Shown here: positions 63,039 to 64,000 of the stretch, piece by piece | Position numbering within the stretch: the stretch's first letter is position 1 | Layout of the letters: each line of letters starts with the position of its first letter | Origin: an uncultured bacterium | Lineage (GTDB): Bacteria; Krumholzibacteriota; Krumholzibacteriia; WVZY01; JAKEHA01 | Length of the DNA stretch: 64,000 bases | Direction: 5' to 3' | NCBI GenBank assembly: GCA_964560355.1 | Contig: CAZLLI010000003.1 | Coordinates: 2,711 to 66,710 of the forward strand | The notes under the pieces: generated by a model | What the model saw: only the letters and a program-made list of their open reading frames with translations | Told to the model about the DNA's origin: nothing | The model's database searches: none | Program-made: the position numbers and the translations under genes

Positions 63039-64000
63039 ATGAGCATTGCGGGCATCGTTCTGTTTGTGGGCGGCGTCGCGGCGGGCGCGCTCGCCGCGTG
63101 GTGGCTCGGCCGATCGCGAGCCTCCGCGCTTCGCGCCGACGTGCGGGCGAAGGACGCCGCCATCGTCGACCTCAAGATTCAGGCCGCGCGCCTGGAGAGC
63201 ATGCTCGAGCAGGAGCGCGACGGCGAAGCGCGCCTCACCAACGCGTTCAAGGCCCTCTCGGTCGACGCGCTCCAGAGCAGCAACGCGTCGTTCCTCGAGC
63301 TGGCCAAGGCGACGCTCGAGAAGTACCAAGAGGGCGCCAAGAACGAGCTCGCCCAAAAATCGAAGTCGGTCGAAGAGTTCGTGAAGCCGCTCAAGGAGTC
63401 GCTCGAAAAGGTGAACGTGCAGATCGAGGCCATCGAAAAGACGCGCCGCGAGGATTACGGCTCGTTGTCGCAGAGCCTGGTCGGGTTGCGGACGGAAACC
63501 ACGTCGCTCAACACCGAGACGCGCAACCTCACCAACGCGCTGCGCACGCCCATCGTGCGCGGTCGCTGGGGCGAGGTGCAGCTGCGCAAGGTGGTCGAAT
63601 TGGCCGGCATGGTGGAGTACTGCGATTTCGTCGAGCAACCGTCGGTGCAGGGCGAGGAAGGCCGTTTGCGCCCCGACATGGTGGTCAACCTTCCGGGCGG
63701 GAAGAATGTCGTAGTCGATTCCAAGGTTCCGCTCGAGGCCTATTTGAAGGCGCAGGAATCCACCGACGTCGAGACCGCGCGCGGGCACATGCGCGACCAC
63801 GCGCGTCAGATTCGCACCCACATCGCCAAGCTGCGCGCGAAGTCGTACGCGGAGCAGTTCGAGTCGACGCCGGAGTTCGTGGTGATGTTCCTGCCCGGCG
63901 AGAGCTTCTTCTCCGCCGCACTCGAGCACGAGCCGGGCTTGATCGAAGAGGGGGCCGAGCAGAACGTCATCATCGCCACGCCGACCACGCTCATCGCGCT
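63039..64000 (+). CDS. rmuC: DNA recombination protein RmuC, N-terminal ~320 aa; continues beyond the window end
   Basis: MSIAGIVLFVGGVAAGALAAWWLG… TM helix, coiled-coil region, …NLPGGKNVVVDSKVPLEAYL…; GGAGAAGGAG SD. Not in the ORF track because no stop occurs within the window. Confidence 0.8.
   Translation, partial: MSIAGIVLFVGGVAAGALAAWWLGRSRASALRADVRAKDAAIVDLKIQAARLESMLEQERDGEARLTNAFKALSVDALQSSNASFLELAKATLEKYQEGAKNELAQKSKSVEEFVKPLKESLEKVNVQIEAIEKTRREDYGSLSQSLVGLRTETTSLNTETRNLTNALRTPIVRGRWGEVQLRKVVELAGMVEYCDFVEQPSVQGEEGRLRPDMVVNLPGGKNVVVDSKVPLEAYLKAQESTDVETARGHMRDHARQIRTHIAKLRAKSYAEQFESTPEFVVMFLPGESFFSAALEHEPGLIEEGAEQNVIIATPTTLIA

Overview
High-GC (~68-70%) bacterial chromosomal window from a diderm organism. 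Gemmatimonadota-like is my guess, based on T9SS-type C-terminal sorting domains, the content of the rpoN/PTS locus and the LPS genes. I found no rRNA, tRNA, CRISPR or transposase.

The first ~17 kb is one long minus-strand supercluster joining Kdo/LPS genes to rpoN and a PTS: kdsB-pyrG-kdsA-(unknown membrane protein)-kdsD | sigma-54/sigma-70 promoters | lpxL-like-lptC/A-like-lptB-rpoN | sigma-70 promoter | hpf-hprK-EIIA(Man)-EIIB-EIIC-EIID-ptsH-ptsI-PGI/PMI-sugar-1-P nucleotidyltransferase. rpmA, rplU and sodC follow on the same strand.

The remainder contains:
- a tricorn-protease homolog;
- two secreted proteins with T9SS-like C-terminal domains, plus a FadL/PorV-like barrel;
- RNase G with its TIGR03936 partner;
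- a purine operon (purF, a tandem-PurS fusion, purQ, purL) interrupted by a lower-GC arylsulfatase;
- purB, htrA, fsa/tal, truA and an orphan ecfT;
- a secreted HEAT-repeat/cyclophilin fusion;
- a NUDIX/zincin-lipoprotein cluster;
- alaX, panD, lnt;
- two atypical sigma-54 activators flanking HExxH/TIG lipoproteins, followed by a GNAT-SGNH-YpfJ operon;
- a ~1057-aa HExxH + PD40 + Omp85-like outer-membrane fusion protein;
- the start of rmuC.

The ORF finder allowed GTG/TTG starts. Many of the listed ORFs are antisense 'shadow' ORFs typical of high-GC DNA. Others are N-terminally over-extended and were trimmed to plausible starts.

The most interesting candidates are:
- the sigma-54 regulatory module (two unusual bEBPs, TIG/zincin lipoproteins, GNAT-SGNH-YpfJ);
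- a perfect sigma-54 promoter in front of the operon that encodes sigma-54 itself together with LPS genes;
- an uncharacterised polytopic membrane protein sitting where kdsC normally is;
- the large zincin/PD40/Omp85 fusion.
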